Origin: a virus
Lineage: Duplodnaviria > Caudoviricetes
DNA length: 64,000 nucleotides
Virus record (IMG/VR): IMGVR_UViG_3300048893_000079
Location: 1 to 64,000 of that record
Strand: one strand, 5' to 3'
Part shown: one piece after another, positions 62,347-64,000 of the stretch
How positions within the stretch are numbered: position 1 is the first letter of the stretch
Layout of the letters: every line of letters starts with the position of its first letter
Position numbers and translations under genes: made by a program
Notes under the pieces: model-generated
Told to the model about the DNA's origin: nothing
Database searches by the model: none
What the model saw: the letters and a program-made list of their open reading frames with translations, nothing else

Positions 62347-64000
62347 GGCATGCCTTTCCAAATCGTGATGATCGCGCGCTTCGCTGACGGATAGATGACG
62401 CCCTGCGAATGCGACCATGACGAAGGACCGTGCGTGTAGTCGGCAGTATCCGTGCGCAGCTTGCGGCACGTGCCGACGCTGTGGACGTTCTGCTTGATCG
62501 CAGCGGTATGATCGTGGCCCTTGGTGATGCGGCGTCCGATCTTCGTGAAGCCAGCGGTCGTGCCGCGCGCTCCGTTGGCGCCGTCATTGCCGTGCGCACC
62601 GACTTCGATGCCGCCGCCCTTATCCGGGCAGACGATGTAGCTCTCGTCACGCGCAAGGAACTTGATGTTCCTCGGAACGCTCGTCCTGCCGGTGACGGCC
62701 AGATAGGCTTCGCGAAGAATGATCGGGAAGTCCTTGTTGACCAGCGTGTAGTTCAGGACGCGGGTGTTCAACTCGCTCCAGAACTGGAAGTTAACCGGAT
62801 CGTTCATCGCCTTGCGGTTCTTCAGCCACGTCAGCAATGCGTTGTCGTGGTTTGAATTCGCCACGATGGTTTCGCACCAGTCGCGTGATGTGTAGTCGAG
62901 GAAGTCCGCGACCTCGACGACTTCGCCGCGCACGTTGTCCTGCTTCTTGACGAGGCGCAGGAACATCTGGTGCGGATCGTCGATGTCGTGATGGTTGCGC
63001 GAATACATATCGAAGATGTCGTGCTTCACCTGACGCTTCGGATGCAGATAATCGAGCATCCCGCCCTTGCCCCAGATCACCTTCATGACCGTCGGGTCGA
63101 TGTTGGCGCGGTGCGTGTCGCCGGTCACGAGTGTGTCGATTGGATTGCCGGTCGTAAGCTCGCCGTTCTTCACCACCACGTCGAGGTCTTGGAAGTTGCC
63201 CTCCGAGTCCGCGTTGATTTGGCGACACCACCAGTTGCCCTCATACACTTCGACGAGCAACGCGCCGTACGTGTGATGGAAGTCGGCCTTGAAGCCAGCG
63301 TCGCGCTGGATGTAGTTGCGCAGCGTGACAGTGCCGGTCGTGTAGAGGAACTTCACCGCTTCATGTTCCATCGACGGCACGCTCTCCATCGCGATAGTCA
63401 CGTGCGGGAAGATGCCGGACTTACGACCGGTCATGCCGCCCTTGCCTGCGAGCGGATTGACCATCGTCGGAATAATGTTCGCGTCGCCGCGCCACACGAG
63501 ACCCGGCGCCACGTTGCGCTGATCGTCGGAGAAGTGCGGCTTGAGACGTTCGTCGTACCAGAACGCTTCCTTGCCGCTCTTGTCGATGTCGTTGGTCTGC
63601 GCTTCGAGCCACGCCTTCTTGTCCATCTCAGCGTGACGGCGCTTCTGATAGCTGAAGCGCGAGATGTGAAGCTCGGCCTTGTAGTGGTCCTGGAACACGA
63701 GCAGATTGTTGAAGAACTTCTCGTGGATATATGTGTTGTTCTGCGCGCACGTGAAGATGAAACGCGTGACGCCGCTGTCCTTCAGTTCGAGCGGCTTGGC
63801 TTTCGCAGCGCGACGCTTGCCGCCGATGCGCGCCTTCTTGACCACGAGCTTTCCCTTGACGAAGTTCGTGATGTGCTCGCCGGTCTTTGCACCGCGCGGC
63901 AGCTTGTCCATCAAGCCCTCGGCGACCGCTTCTTGGTACAGCCGGTTGACCTTGGTGTACGGCGTCTTCGTCGCCTTCGCGATCTTCTGCAATGATCCGT
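62331..64000 (-). CDS. calcineurin-like metallophosphoesterase with N-terminal HTH-like segment (5' end beyond window)
   Basis: GDTH, HD, NSNHD, HG.DG.NG.RG, GHDH; frame open to window edge. Confidence 0.8.
   Translation of the reverse strand, partial: GSLQKIAKATKTPYTKVNRLYQEAVAEGLMDKLPRGAKTGEHITNFVKGKLVVKKARIGGKRRAAKAKPLELKDSGVTRFIFTCAQNNTYIHEKFFNNLLVFQDHYKAELHISRFSYQKRRHAEMDKKAWLEAQTNDIDKSGKEAFWYDERLKPHFSDDQRNVAPGLVWRGDANIIPTMVNPLAGKGGMTGRKSGIFPHVTIAMESVPSMEHEAVKFLYTTGTVTLRNYIQRDAGFKADFHHTYGALLVEVYEGNWWCRQINADSEGNFQDLDVVVKNGELTTGNPIDTLVTGDTHRANIDPTVMKVIWGKGGMLDYLHPKRQVKHDIFDMYSRNHHDIDDPHQMFLRLVKKQDNVRGEVVEVADFLDYTSRDWCETIVANSNHDNALLTWLKNRKAMNDPVNFQFWSELNTRVLNYTLVNKDFPIILREAYLAVTGRTSVPRNIKFLARDESYIVCPDKGGGIEVGAHGNDGANGARGTTAGFTKIGRRITKGHDHTAAIKQNVHSVGTCRKLRTDTADYTHGPSSWSHSQGVIYPSAKRAIITIWKGMPWAPR

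Larger units (their letters stand above)
1..64000. other. Segment of a tailed phage genome (siphovirus-like, probable alphaproteobacterial host)
   Basis: TerL, portal, capsid, tail tube, TMP, GTA-like tail tip, lysis cassette, GapR homolog; dense overlapping genes; no host housekeeping genes. Confidence 0.95.

Noticed and set aside
1-64000. Prophage or temperate lifestyle
   Set aside because: No integrase, repressor pair, ParA or host flanking genes are present. It cannot be excluded for the part of the genome outside the window.

Overview
64 kb internal slice of a tailed dsDNA phage (siphovirus-type) that most likely infects an alphaproteobacterium. The host call rests on a GapR/DUF2312 gene, a GTA-like DUF2460/DUF2163/NlpC-P60/tail-tip module and CtrA-type boxes. 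Layout: (i) 1-15.9 kb, about 45 small minus-strand early/middle genes, of which the 9.6-16.3 kb part has a sharply different word usage; (ii) 15.9-17.1 kb, a divergent non-coding control region with two repeat families, the probable genome end/pac or origin; (iii) 17.1-53.9 kb, plus-strand late genes: collagen fibre, two tRNAs, TerL, kinase, portal, HslV-like protease, TerS, scaffold, capsid, neck, tail, tape measure, tail tip, lysis; (iv) 54-64 kb, minus-strand nucleotide-metabolism and host-takeover genes, cut by the window edge. No integrase, polymerase, CRISPR array or IS is visible. The best candidate for an undescribed system is an apparent coupling of the early programme to the host cell cycle: five CtrA-like boxes at two fixed promoter geometries, a dense TTAACCAT half-site array in the control region, and seven early proteins ending in the ClpXP-type -AA degron. 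Also notable are one ~115-aa module inserted into three different virion proteins, a candidate anti-Shine-Dalgarno sRNA in front of an atypical tRNA-Met, and a split tail-completion gene. All family calls come from motif recognition by eye and all counts are manual. No database search was run.
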